From an archaeon (GTDB lineage: Archaea > Iainarchaeota > Iainarchaeia > Iainarchaeales > CSSED10-239): a stretch of 31,317 nucleotides of DNA. The position numbers and the translations under genes were made by a program. The DNA is taken from NCBI GenBank assembly GCA_041657425.1, contig JBBABY010000013.1:1-31317 (forward strand), in the 5' to 3' direction. Of this stretch, positions 1-7,838 are shown one piece after another (the stretch's first letter is position 1; every line of letters starts with the position of its first letter). The notes below the pieces were generated by a model. The model was given only the letters and a program-made list of their open reading frames with translations. It was not told the origin of the DNA and searched no databases.

Positions 1-1660
1 TTGGTTCAGAAATAATAAGTGGAGTATTTTCAGAATATATTCCTGCAATGGTTTCAATTATTGGAACAACTGTTTCCTGACCAACAAGCATCTTAGCAGT
101 CATCGTATAACTATTTGGTAGAGAATTAGTCTCTAATTTTATATTTGTATTTAATCCATCGTAAGATATAGATGTAAAATCAAATGTTGCACTATAATAT
201 GGGCATTTATGCGCATTTCCATCAAAAAGTGAAAGGTTACAAGTTCCACTTGGAGGGTTATAAAAATATAAATCTTTGTTTGTACTATTGCTTGAATATT
301 GTGCTAAATTACAACGCTCAACATTATTTTGTTCAAATGTAATTCCTGAATGACTAAGTATATCACTACAAATATTTAAATCAGAATCTGATTGAGGATT
401 ATTATATAAATCATTATATTTTTCTGAAATTTTAGTTTCATCAACATGATATATTCCAAAACCACCATAAGTGCTATCACCTCTTAAAAACATACAAGCA
501 TCTAGATTATTTGGATCATTAATATTTCTGTACCTATTCTCAACAATAAAATATTCTTGTTCACTCATATTGTTATTTCTTAAAATAACTGCGTCTGGAT
601 AATCGTTTATGCTTCTTAAACTTATTTCTTTATTGCTGTCTATTGTTAATTCTATTGGATTATGAATCCAATCTAAAAAATATCTTGACCAAACATCAAG
701 ATTAATGGGATTAATAAAACAATACCCCCTATTAGATTCGCTAATAGAATTATTCATCATTGTGACACCATTCATTGGGCCATTACTAGGTGCGCCATTA
801 GTTATTGAATATAAATCAAATAACCCAAGAATATGTGCAAATTCATGAGTTGCAAGTTCTATTGAAAAATTATTAAAATCAGATTGCGTACTTTTTTCTG
901 GGACAAATGCAACATTACCTAAATATTTTCCATCTACTGGATTAGAATTATATTGTTTTAATATTCTAGTTTGTGGCCATATTCCTATTGAAGAATTAAC
1001 GCCAACACCAGGATAAATTAAAATTACGCCATCTAATCTCTCATCATTATTATAATCATACTGTGTAAAATCAACATACGGATCAAATAAATTCATAGAA
1101 TGTATTGCTAATTGAAATTCAGTCGCTGCATTATCAGCATAATATGAAAATGGATGTGGTGCTTCTCTCCAATCATAAACATCAAAAATAATATTTAAAT
1201 CTCCATAGGATTGCTTTGTATAGTATTTGCTTACGCTTATTCCAGAATATCCTGGAATAGAATAATTATTACTGTTAAATGCGTTGTTGATATCTGCCCA
1301 TGAAGTTAAAGATGAGTTCCTATCTGAAAATTTTACTAACAATACTGGTATCTTTATTGTCCCTGATAGTGGTGCAGTTCCCCAAAGATTTGAAACTCCT
1401 GAATTTCTATTTTTTGAGGCATTATTTCTTAATAACTGTTTATATTGTTCTGTGGTTATTCCCATTTCCTTTAGTAATACTTCTTCTGGGGGATAAAATA
1501 CATCTTGATAATTATTTATTCCTAAAGCGTCTATTTCTTCTACTTGTAAAACTTCTAAAGAATTAGACTCTGATTTTTCTGGATTTATAATTTCAGAAGC
1601 TGCAAATATATTTGATAATATTAATATAAAAAATATACCTAAAACAATTCTTGGATTCAT
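1..1660 (-). CDS. Secreted M6-like (immune inhibitor A type) zinc metalloprotease, paralog A; C-terminus runs off the window
   Basis: Absent from the ORF track because no stop lies in the window. Hand translation from ATG 1660 gives MNPRIVLGIFFILILSNIFAAS (Sec-type signal), then ATHEFAHILGLFDLY (HExxH plus LGLxDLY as in peptidase M6), then TAKMLVGQETVVP. I translated the start and bases 298 to 2; the middle is inferred open because the track lists no minus-strand ORF there. Colinear with the 29467..31317 protein. Alternative in-frame ATG at 1678. Confidence 0.8.
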   Translation of the reverse strand, partial: MNPRIVLGIFFILILSNIFAASEIINPEKSESNSLEVLQVEEIDALGINNYQDVFYPPEEVLLKEMGITTEQYKQLLRNNASKNRNSGVSNLWGTAPLSGTIKIPVLLVKFSDRNSSLTSWADINNAFNSNNYSIPGYSGISVSKYYTKQSYGDLNIIFDVYDWREAPHPFSYYADNAATEFQLAIHSMNLFDPYVDFTQYDYNNDERLDGVILIYPGVGVNSSIGIWPQTRILKQYNSNPVDGKYLGNVAFVPEKSTQSDFNNFSIELATHEFAHILGLFDLYSITNGAPSNGPMNGVTMMNNSISESNRGYCFINPINLDVWSRYFLDWIHNPIELTIDSNKEISLRSINDYPDAVILRNNNMSEQEYFIVENRYRNINDPNNLDACMFLRGDSTYGGFGIYHVDETKISEKYNDLYNNPQSDSDLNICSDILSHSGITFEQNNVERCNLAQYSSNSTNKDLYFYNPPSGTCNLSLFDGNAHKCPYYSATFDFTSISYDGLNTNIKLETNSLPNSYTMTAKMLVGQETVVPIIETIAGIYSENTPLIISEP

Positions 1661-1753
1661 AAATAGATTATAAATCATTGGGTTTTTAAATATTAACTCA
1701 ATTGATTTTCTAATTATCTTATCTAAATAAATATTATAAATCTATTCGTTTAT

Positions 1754-1778
1754 AAAAATCTGAAATATTTCTATTTCA
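1754..1778 (-). terminator. Hairpin plus T5, candidate terminator for the 879-aa gene
   Basis: Minus strand reads TGAAATA-GAAA-TATTTCA (7-bp stem, 4-nt loop; 1761..1778) followed by GA TTTTT (1754..1758), about 90 nt after the stop at 1868. Confidence 0.3.
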
Positions 1779-1840
1779 CAAAGTTTAAATAAAGAAATCG
1801 TAGATAATTTCGCCAAACAACAATATTACACTAAAATTTT

Positions 1841-1869
1841 AAGATGTGTTTTTTTATTATTCACATCTT
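1841..1869 (-). terminator. Hairpin overlapping the stop codon of the 879-aa gene
   Basis: AAGATGTG (1862..1869 on minus) pairs with CACATCTT (1841..1848), an 8-bp stem with a 13-nt A-rich loop, followed by AAAATTTT. Function uncertain. Confidence 0.2.
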
Positions 1870-4507
1870 ATCTAAACTTTAGTGGTTTATAATTTGTTTG
1901 TATTGGACAATATTCAAATATATTTGTCCAAGATGTTACCTTAGAAACATTCCAATTACTTATATTTTGATTAAAACTTGTGGCCCAAAACATAAACGCC
2001 ATATTTGTAACCTTCGAAGTATCCCAATTACTTATATCTTGATTAAAGGCATAAGCCAATTGAAACATACTACTCATGTCTATAACTTTTGAAGTATTAA
2101 AATCTAAAGGTTGATTAAAATTAGATGCCCCCACAAACATAGCAGACATATTCATTACATTTGAAGTGTTAAAATCTAGTGGTTGATTAAAGTCAGTAGC
2201 GTTGCGAAACAGGGCAAACATAGAACTTACCTTTGAAGTATCAAAATTTAAAGGCTGATTAAAACTAGACGCTCCCGCAAACATAGCGTCCATATTAATT
2301 ACATTTGAAGTGTTAAAATCTAATGGTTGATTAAAACTAGAAGCAGAATAAAACATGTTATCCATATAAGTTACATTTGAAGTATCAAAATTTAAAGGCT
2401 GATTAAAACTAGATGCCTCTTCAAACATATTTGACATAGCCGTAACATTTGAAGTATCCCATTCGTTTATTCTTGGAATATCCGTTAATGACCAACATCC
2501 ACTAAACATATAAGACATATCTGTAATTTCACTTGTATCTAAAATATCTGTTGCAGTTATAATTAAATTACTTGCATTAGAAAAATCTCCGTTTTGACCT
2601 AGTATTAAAGATCCCCATTGAGAGATTTCTTCTATCTTTAAAGCATCTAATGTATACTTTAAATCACGATTATAAAATTGGAATCCATCAATCGTTCCTG
2701 TTATTGTTACTGTGTATACTCCTGGAACACTATAAGTATGTACACCCTGTCCTGAATATACTCCGTTGTTTTCAAACAATTCTCCAGAAGTTACATGAGA
2801 GGTTGTTCCGTCTCCCCAATCAACTATAAAATCATAATTTCCACTAGATATTAAAGGCAAAATAATCTGATTATTTTCGCTTGATCCAGATCCATCATAA
2901 TTTGTATCCCATTTAGAAATAAATGATAAAGATGAAGGGACTATTTCTTCTGAATCTGTTCTTAAATATGGATACCCATTATTAATTGTAGAATTTATAT
3001 CCCACACATTTACAAAATCCCAATTATTAAATGTAATTTTTTGTTTCATTTGGGAAGTTGTCTTACCTAATCCAATTACAGAATTTTGCTGATTAGAACT
3101 CTCAGTGTCCCAAAAATTATTAGTAGATGCTATAAGATTTTTACCACCACCATATGTGTGTCCAGCCATATTTAATCCAATAACTAACCCTGTAGAATAA
3201 GTATTTATTACGGTTGAGTTTCCCATAATCCCTATTAATCCTGCAGTTGCATTATCTCCTGTAACGCTTCCTGTTGCATAACTATTATATATATTCCCGC
3301 TTGTTAAATATCCAACTAATCCTCCGACAGTATGAATCCCATTCACATCTCCTGTTGCATAACTTTTTGAAATTATTGAAGTTAAATAAGGACCATTGTT
3401 AAAAGTGCCTATTAATCCCCCAATCCAATCTGCTCCTGTAACTTGACAACTAGAACTAGATCTTGAAATATTTCCATAACCTGCCCCAATTAATCCTCCA
3501 ATTGCAACACCACTTTTTCCTCCAGAAACTATCCCTGTCACATGAACATTATCAATTAAAGAATATTCTACTATTTGTCCAACTAAACCTCCAACAAACA
3601 TATTTCCACTTATTTTTATATCCTCTAAAAATAAATTTTTTATTGTTGCATCCTCTATTGCACTAAATAAACCAACATCACTATTTTCTGGGGTATCTAT
3701 TGTTAAATTTGTAATCCTATGATTATCGCCATCAAAAAAACCAGTAAATCTCTCTACTCCCGATTCTCCTATTGGTATAAAATCTACACCAGATAAATTT
3801 ATATCTGCACCTAAAATATATTCTCCTGATAACACTGTTCTTATCACTTCTAAATCATCTGCATTACAAATTACAAACTTTTCTATATCTTCATTAAAAC
3901 CTGATACACAAATGTCTATTTGCGAACAATCAGAGGGACAAGAATCAATAGTCTCTCCTGCATCACATTCTAAATCAAAATTACATTGATTTACAGAACA
4001 ATCAGAGGGACAAGAATCAATAGTCTCTCCTGCATCACCATCACAATCTCCATTCCCACAAGTAAAAAATCCTACACCACAATCTTCCGAACAATTAAAA
4101 CCTGTTTCTCCAAGGTCTGAATTACAAGTGCCATCTCCACAAAAAGGAACAGGATCTCCATCTCCACCACCGCCAGTTCCATCATCATCTCCACCGGTTC
4201 CTCCACCGCCAGTGCCACCGTTACCACCACTACCACCAGCGCTAGTGCCTCCTCCGGTTGCCATGTTTGTTTGATCTACACCATCATAAATAATTGATTT
4301 ATCAAAACTACTTTCTATGTCGCTTGTCTTATTATTGTCTTGCTTTGACCCTGAAGAACCAGTTATCTTTTCTCTTATACTTCCAAAATATAAAGCTCCA
4401 AAAATTATTACTCCAATAACTAATACACCAAATATTAATAACACTTCTAAAGCTGCTTGTCCTTTCTTTGTTACTTTCTTATGTTTTGTTTTATTCATAA
4501 ATATCAT
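1868..4507 (-). CDS. Large surface adhesin with class III (type IV pilin-like) signal peptide, Gly spacer, CPxDC cysteine modules, GLUG motifs and DUF285/BspA-type repeats
   Basis: 879-aa ORF. N-terminus (MIF)MNKTKHKKVTKKG|QAALEVLLIFGVLVIGVIIFGALYF. Gly-rich run GGGTSAGGSGGNGGTGGGG. Cysteine modules CGDGTCNSDLGETGFNCSEDC and CGNGDCDGDAGETIDSCPSDC. Repeated VGGLVGQ/IGGLIGAG/IGGLIGTF/VGGLVGYL motifs. DWGDGTTSHV..HTYSVPGVYTVTITG domain. At least 8 copies of FNQPL.F.TS.V..M..MF. ATG at 4507 or 4498. Confidence 0.85.
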   Translation of the reverse strand: MIFMNKTKHKKVTKKGQAALEVLLIFGVLVIGVIIFGALYFGSIREKITGSSGSKQDNNKTSDIESSFDKSIIYDGVDQTNMATGGGTSAGGSGGNGGTGGGGTGGDDDGTGGGGDGDPVPFCGDGTCNSDLGETGFNCSEDCGVGFFTCGNGDCDGDAGETIDSCPSDCSVNQCNFDLECDAGETIDSCPSDCSQIDICVSGFNEDIEKFVICNADDLEVIRTVLSGEYILGADINLSGVDFIPIGESGVERFTGFFDGDNHRITNLTIDTPENSDVGLFSAIEDATIKNLFLEDIKISGNMFVGGLVGQIVEYSLIDNVHVTGIVSGGKSGVAIGGLIGAGYGNISRSSSSCQVTGADWIGGLIGTFNNGPYLTSIISKSYATGDVNGIHTVGGLVGYLTSGNIYNSYATGSVTGDNATAGLIGIMGNSTVINTYSTGLVIGLNMAGHTYGGGKNLIASTNNFWDTESSNQQNSVIGLGKTTSQMKQKITFNNWDFVNVWDINSTINNGYPYLRTDSEEIVPSSLSFISKWDTNYDGSGSSENNQIILPLISSGNYDFIVDWGDGTTSHVTSGELFENNGVYSGQGVHTYSVPGVYTVTITGTIDGFQFYNRDLKYTLDALKIEEISQWGSLILGQNGDFSNASNLIITATDILDTSEITDMSYMFSGCWSLTDIPRINEWDTSNVTAMSNMFEEASSFNQPLNFDTSNVTYMDNMFYSASSFNQPLDFNTSNVINMDAMFAGASSFNQPLNFDTSKVSSMFALFRNATDFNQPLDFNTSNVMNMSAMFVGASNFNQPLDFNTSKVIDMSSMFQLAYAFNQDISNWDTSKVTNMAFMFWATSFNQNISNWNVSKVTSWTNIFEYCPIQTNYKPLKFR
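1900..2540 (-). repeat. Coding tandem array of about 72-nt (24-aa) DUF285-type units with a 144-nt higher-order repeat
   Basis: tttgaagtatcaaaatttaaaggctgattaaaactaga occurs identically starting at 2232 and 2376 (144 nt apart). Protein repeats are SSFNQPL(N/D)F(D/N)TS(N/K)V..M..MF. Array boundaries are approximate. Confidence 0.8.
3924..4038 (-). repeat. 43-bp perfect direct repeat (2 copies, 72-nt period) inside the cysteine-module region
   Basis: gaacaatcagagggacaagaatcaatagtctctcctgcatcac occurs at 3924..3966 and again at 3996..4038. It encodes the duplicated DAGETIDSCPSDCS peptide. Confidence 0.9.
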
Positions 4508-4598
4508 TATTTAAATTGTAAAATATTATAAATATAAAACAAACAACAATATTTAAAGTTTTGGTTTTGAAAAAATAGAAGAAAACTAATGAAAGAAA

Positions 4599-5324
4599 TT
4601 ACTTCTTCCAATAATCATCAAAATGAGATGTTAATGCTTTCATTAAACTTGGATTGTTTTTTAAAATTGTTAAATGATATGTTTCTTTTGGCATTGATAA
4701 ATCGTTTAATGACATAACTACTTTATTTTTATCAATAATAAAAGCATCCATTGAATGTTCTCTTTCTTGCATTGTGAAATTCTTTGGAAGATCGTATTGC
4801 TTAGTGTTTGGCTTTGATATTAATTTTACTGCTAAATCTGGTTTATCATAAATACTTTTAAAAGCATCTATTCTTTCATCAAAATGTGTAAAACCAGTTA
4901 TCTCTTTTTTTGCGCCTTCAAATTCTTGAGATAATAATTTATTATAATCTTTTAAACTTTTTACTTGTAATATCTTTTCTTGAGCACCATTTACTTGACC
5001 TGCCCAAATTTCTTTACTTAAAACTTCTTTAACGTGTTTATCAAGAACTGATAATTGATTTTGCTTTGCATCTAAAAGATATTTAAAAATCTCAGTTGGG
5101 TCTATTACCTTATATTTTTTAGGTCTACCATATACTTCTAGAACAAGACCTTTCTCTTTTAGTTTATCTAAAACATCGTAAATTCTGGTCTTTGGAATTT
5201 CTGCATTTCTACTAATATGTGGAGCATCTGCTTCTACAAAATTAAATAAAGTAGTTAATGTTCTTGCCTCATATTCTGTAAGACCAAAATCTAATAACAA
5301 ACTTAATATTTTACTATTTTGCAT
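4599..5324 (-). CDS. TrmB-family transcriptional regulator (N-terminal winged HTH plus C-terminal domain)
   Basis: 241 aa. GLTEYEARTLTTLFNFVEADAPHISRNAEIPKTRIYDVLDKLKEKGLVLEVYGRPKKYKVIDP resembles the TrmB wHTH. The C-terminus ends ..LMKALTSHFDDYWKK. GTGA motif 7 nt upstream of the ATG. Confidence 0.75.
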   Translation of the reverse strand: MQNSKILSLLLDFGLTEYEARTLTTLFNFVEADAPHISRNAEIPKTRIYDVLDKLKEKGLVLEVYGRPKKYKVIDPTEIFKYLLDAKQNQLSVLDKHVKEVLSKEIWAGQVNGAQEKILQVKSLKDYNKLLSQEFEGAKKEITGFTHFDERIDAFKSIYDKPDLAVKLISKPNTKQYDLPKNFTMQEREHSMDAFIIDKNKVVMSLNDLSMPKETYHLTILKNNPSLMKALTSHFDDYWKK

Positions 5325-5366
5325 AACCCATTCACATTAATCTATTATATCATATAATTAATAAAC

Positions 5367-6383
5367 CTATTCTTTTGCTTCTGTTTTTTCAGATTTCTCT
5401 GATTTTACATGCTTTTCTGCTTTCGCATGTGCTTCTGCTTTCGCATGTGCTTCTGCTTTTGCAGGAGCTTCTGTTGCTACAGGGGCATCTACAGGCTTAT
5501 TTTCTGTTGTTGCTGCAGGAGCAACAGCAGCTGCAGGAGTAATTAATGATGGCCTTCTTACATATGGTCTTCTAGGAGCATCGCCAGTTGGTCTTCTACC
5601 GCCAACTGTTGGTTTTCTGCCAGCTAATGCTTTAGCAGAAACTTTTCTAACTCTCTTTCCTGGAAGAGGTTGTTCTTCATCAACTTCCTTTTCTCCATTT
5701 TCGCTATTATAAACTAAGTCTTCAACAGAATATGCATAATCTTTATCTGATTTTATTATTCCATTTTTTAATTCTAATTCTCTAATTAATAACCAAAAGA
5801 ATAATGCTACTGATTTTCTTCCTTTGTTATTATATGGTACAATTAAATCAATGTTTCTTGTGTTACTTGAAGTAGTACATAAACCAATAACTGGAATATT
5901 TGCAGTTGTTGCTTCAACAATTGCTTGTCTATCAACATTAGGATCTGCAATAAATACTAATTTTGGTTCTATGAAATGTTCTGATTCAGGGTTTGTGAAT
6001 GTTCCTGGAATAAATCTATTTAATTTTGATTTGTAACCAAATGTTTGTTCAAGGATTTTAACTCCTGGAAGTGCATATTTCTTTCTTGAAATAAAAACAA
6101 TATCTGTTGGTTCATATTTAGAAATAAAATCGATTGCAATTTTTATTCTCTTATCAATTATTTGAACATCCATTACATTAATTTTATCACTTCTTGATTT
6201 AAAAACAAATTTACGCATTGGACCGTTTTTATATTTTGTTCCAATATGTATTCCGTTCTTTAGATATAAATCAACATTAACAAGAGTTCTATTTTGTGTT
6301 CTGTTTTCTGTTGGTCTATTCTCAGTTGGTGTTTCTTTAACTGTTCTTGGTTTTATAGTTGTATTCTCCATTTTTATCCACAT
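5367..6383 (-). CDS. rps2: 30S ribosomal protein uS2 with long N- and C-terminal low-complexity extensions
   Basis: Core NGIHIGTKYKNGPMRKFVF..IVFISRKKYA..VFIADPNVDRQAIVEATTANIPVIGLCTTSS matches uS2. It is preceded by TENRPTENRTQNRT and followed by about 100 aa of Pro/Ala/Lys-rich tail with (AKAEAH) repeats. Second ATG at 6371 is also possible. Confidence 0.9.
   Translation of the reverse strand: MWIKMENTTIKPRTVKETPTENRPTENRTQNRTLVNVDLYLKNGIHIGTKYKNGPMRKFVFKSRSDKINVMDVQIIDKRIKIAIDFISKYEPTDIVFISRKKYALPGVKILEQTFGYKSKLNRFIPGTFTNPESEHFIEPKLVFIADPNVDRQAIVEATTANIPVIGLCTTSSNTRNIDLIVPYNNKGRKSVALFFWLLIRELELKNGIIKSDKDYAYSVEDLVYNSENGEKEVDEEQPLPGKRVRKVSAKALAGRKPTVGGRRPTGDAPRRPYVRRPSLITPAAAVAPAATTENKPVDAPVATEAPAKAEAHAKAEAHAKAEKHVKSEKSEKTEAKE
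5417..5460 (-). repeat. 18-bp tandem repeat (about 2.4 copies) encoding AKAEAH units in the uS2 tail
   Basis: ctgctttcgcatgtgctt occurs at 5417..5434 and 5435..5452, then a partial copy ctgctttt at 5453..5460. Confidence 0.9.
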
Positions 6384-6384
6384 T

Positions 6385-6579
6385 TTAATTATACTTCATA
6401 ATATCATCAATAACTTCAACATGAGTCAAAAACATTCTTCTACAGCAATATTTATTTATGCCTAAGATATTAAGTGCATCTTCCGCACTTTTCTTTTCTT
6501 GAGTCGTTAATCTAACATACTCATCATATTTGTCAGCTACAACCTGACCACAAGAAAAACATCTTACTGGACATATCAT
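6385..6579 (-). CDS. rpoN: DNA-directed RNA polymerase subunit N (Rpo10)
   Basis: MICPVRCFSCGQVV...KYCCRRMFLTHV is the zinc-binding Rpo10 signature. I use ATG 6579 (GGTGA 7 nt upstream, embedding the rps9 TGA stop) instead of the track's GTG at 6621, which overlaps rps9. Confidence 0.9.
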   Translation of the reverse strand: MICPVRCFSCGQVVADKYDEYVRLTTQEKKSAEDALNILGINKYCCRRMFLTHVEVIDDIMKYN

Positions 6580-6586
6580 AATTATT

Positions 6587-6988
6587 TCACCTTTTTGAAT
6601 GTTGCTTTTTCTTTCTAGCACCTTTACCTAATTGGTGCTTTTGTTCTTTTTGTCTAACATCATCAACAAGAAGATGTCTATCATACTTCATTATTTTTTC
6701 TTTAACTTTTTCTTTATTGTTTGCAGACAATACTGCTTTAGCAATACAGGATCTTGTTGCTTGAACTTGAGACATTACTCCGCCGCCCTTTACATTAATA
6801 AAAAAATCAAGCTTTGCAGTTTCTTCATCAAGAAGAATCATTGGTTCTCTAACAAGCCCTTGCTTATAACCACCATAATATGCTTCTAATGGTGTTCCGT
6901 TAATATGAACTTTACCAGTTCCTGTTCTTGCCATACATCTTGCAATTGCAGTTTTTCTGGATGCTTTTACTAAATAGTTTTTTACCAT
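6587..6988 (-). CDS. rps9: 30S ribosomal protein uS9
   Basis: GKVHINGTPLEAYYG...INVKGGGVMSQVQATRSCIAKA..., ending in the basic tail ..KKKQHSKR typical of uS9. Confidence 0.93.
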   Translation of the reverse strand: MVKNYLVKASRKTAIARCMARTGTGKVHINGTPLEAYYGGYKQGLVREPMILLDEETAKLDFFINVKGGGVMSQVQATRSCIAKAVLSANNKEKVKEKIMKYDRHLLVDDVRQKEQKHQLGKGARKKKQHSKR

Positions 6989-7003
6989 AATTTTTCACAT
7001 CTT

Positions 7004-7420
7004 TTAAATTTTTAATTTTGCACCTAATAATTTACAAATTTCGTTTAAACCCATTCCTTTTAATTTTGGTTTTTCTACTTCCTTTGGCATATCCTTAATA
7101 TAAGCCTCTGGAGCATCAATAAATACTTTTAAATTCTTTAATGCAGATTGTCCTCTTGAGTTTCTTGGTAGCATTCCTCTAACAGCAAACTTAACCATCT
7201 TATCTGGATATCTTGGATACTTTGCATTTTTTAATTGGTTTCCTTTTCCTTTTCTATGTGTTCTTTCTTTAAATCTTTCCATAATGTTTTCTCTAGAACC
7301 ACTAATCATTGCATCATTTGCATTAACAACAATTATCTTTTCATCAGATCTTAAAAGCTTAGAAGAAACTTCTGTACATAATCTTCCAAGTATTTTATTT
7401 TTTGCATTTAGTACTATCAT
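7004..7420 (-). CDS. rpl13: 50S ribosomal protein uL13
   Basis: MIVLNAKNKILGRLCTEVSSKLL..IIVVNANDAMISG..VRGMLPRNSRG matches uL13. GGTGA upstream. Confidence 0.93.
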   Translation of the reverse strand: MIVLNAKNKILGRLCTEVSSKLLRSDEKIIVVNANDAMISGSRENIMERFKERTHRKGKGNQLKNAKYPRYPDKMVKFAVRGMLPRNSRGQSALKNLKVFIDAPEAYIKDMPKEVEKPKLKGMGLNEICKLLGAKLKI

Positions 7421-7444
7421 ATATTTTCACCAAATAATTTTATT

Positions 7445-7798
7445 TTACTTTATTAATTTTAATTTCTTGTAATCAATATTATCTTTACAAAAATCCTGTA
7501 TTGTTTTTATTCCTTTATATTTCTTTTTTGCAGATTCTGAAATTCCAACTGCATAGATTGTAATTTTCTTTTCTAAATTTCCTACTCCAAGTACTTTTCC
7601 TAGAACAACGATTGTATCTCCTTCAACAACATAAGTCATTTTCTGTAAATTAAATAAATTAACTGAAGTTTGTTTTCTTGTTGGAGATTCTAACATCTGA
7701 GCAACTGTTGCATAAACATCTTTCTTTTTATCTTTAGATAATTTATATAAATTTTCAATTAACTTTTGTGTTTGTAAATTCTTTTTATCTTTTTTCAT
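7445..7798 (-). CDS. rpl18e: 50S ribosomal protein eL18 (L18e)
   Basis: 117 aa. ..ATVAQMLESPTRKQTSVNLFNLQKMT..GDTIVVLGKVLGVG.. has the L18e pattern. Canonical position after rpoD/tRNA and before rpl13. Confidence 0.88.
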   Translation of the reverse strand: MKKDKKNLQTQKLIENLYKLSKDKKKDVYATVAQMLESPTRKQTSVNLFNLQKMTYVVEGDTIVVLGKVLGVGNLEKKITIYAVGISESAKKKYKGIKTIQDFCKDNIDYKKLKLIK

Positions 7799-7838
7799 AA
7801 TCTTTCTCTTTTTTAATTTTTTTAAATTTTATTTTTTA

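Noticed and set aside
1900-4038. Regularly spaced 72-nt repeats as a possible CRISPR array
   Set aside because: The repeats are in-frame protein repeats inside one long ORF. There are no unique spacers between conserved repeats and no cas genes in the window.
4150-4262. A GC-rich island that might be a structured RNA
   Set aside because: It lies in frame within the 879-aa ORF and encodes the Gly-rich spacer (GGC/GGT/GGA codons on the minus strand). The composition is explained by coding.
4508-4598. Specific TATA/BRE promoter calls, for example CTTTAAATA at 4550..4558, TTTAAATA at 24496..24503 and ATATTTAAAAA at 1683..1693
   Set aside because: TATA-like octamers are everywhere at this AT content, so sequence alone cannot discriminate real promoters. 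They are mentioned as context only, not annotated.
6384-6384. A hidden small rpoK gene between rpoN and rps2, or cmk between rpl34e and rpl14e (10499..10504)
   Set aside because: The gaps are 1 nt and 6 nt, which leaves no room for a gene. Absence from this locus is real, although the genes may be elsewhere in the genome.
6580-6621. N-terminal extensions from GTG/TTG starts in the track (rpoN 6621, rps4 9704, rps4e 17997, SUI1 19651, rnp1 19344, rps3 20771)
   Set aside because: The extensions overlap upstream genes or consume the GGTGA/GGAGG SD. The downstream ATGs give N-termini typical of each family, for example MGEPKR for uS4 and MICPVRC for RpoN.
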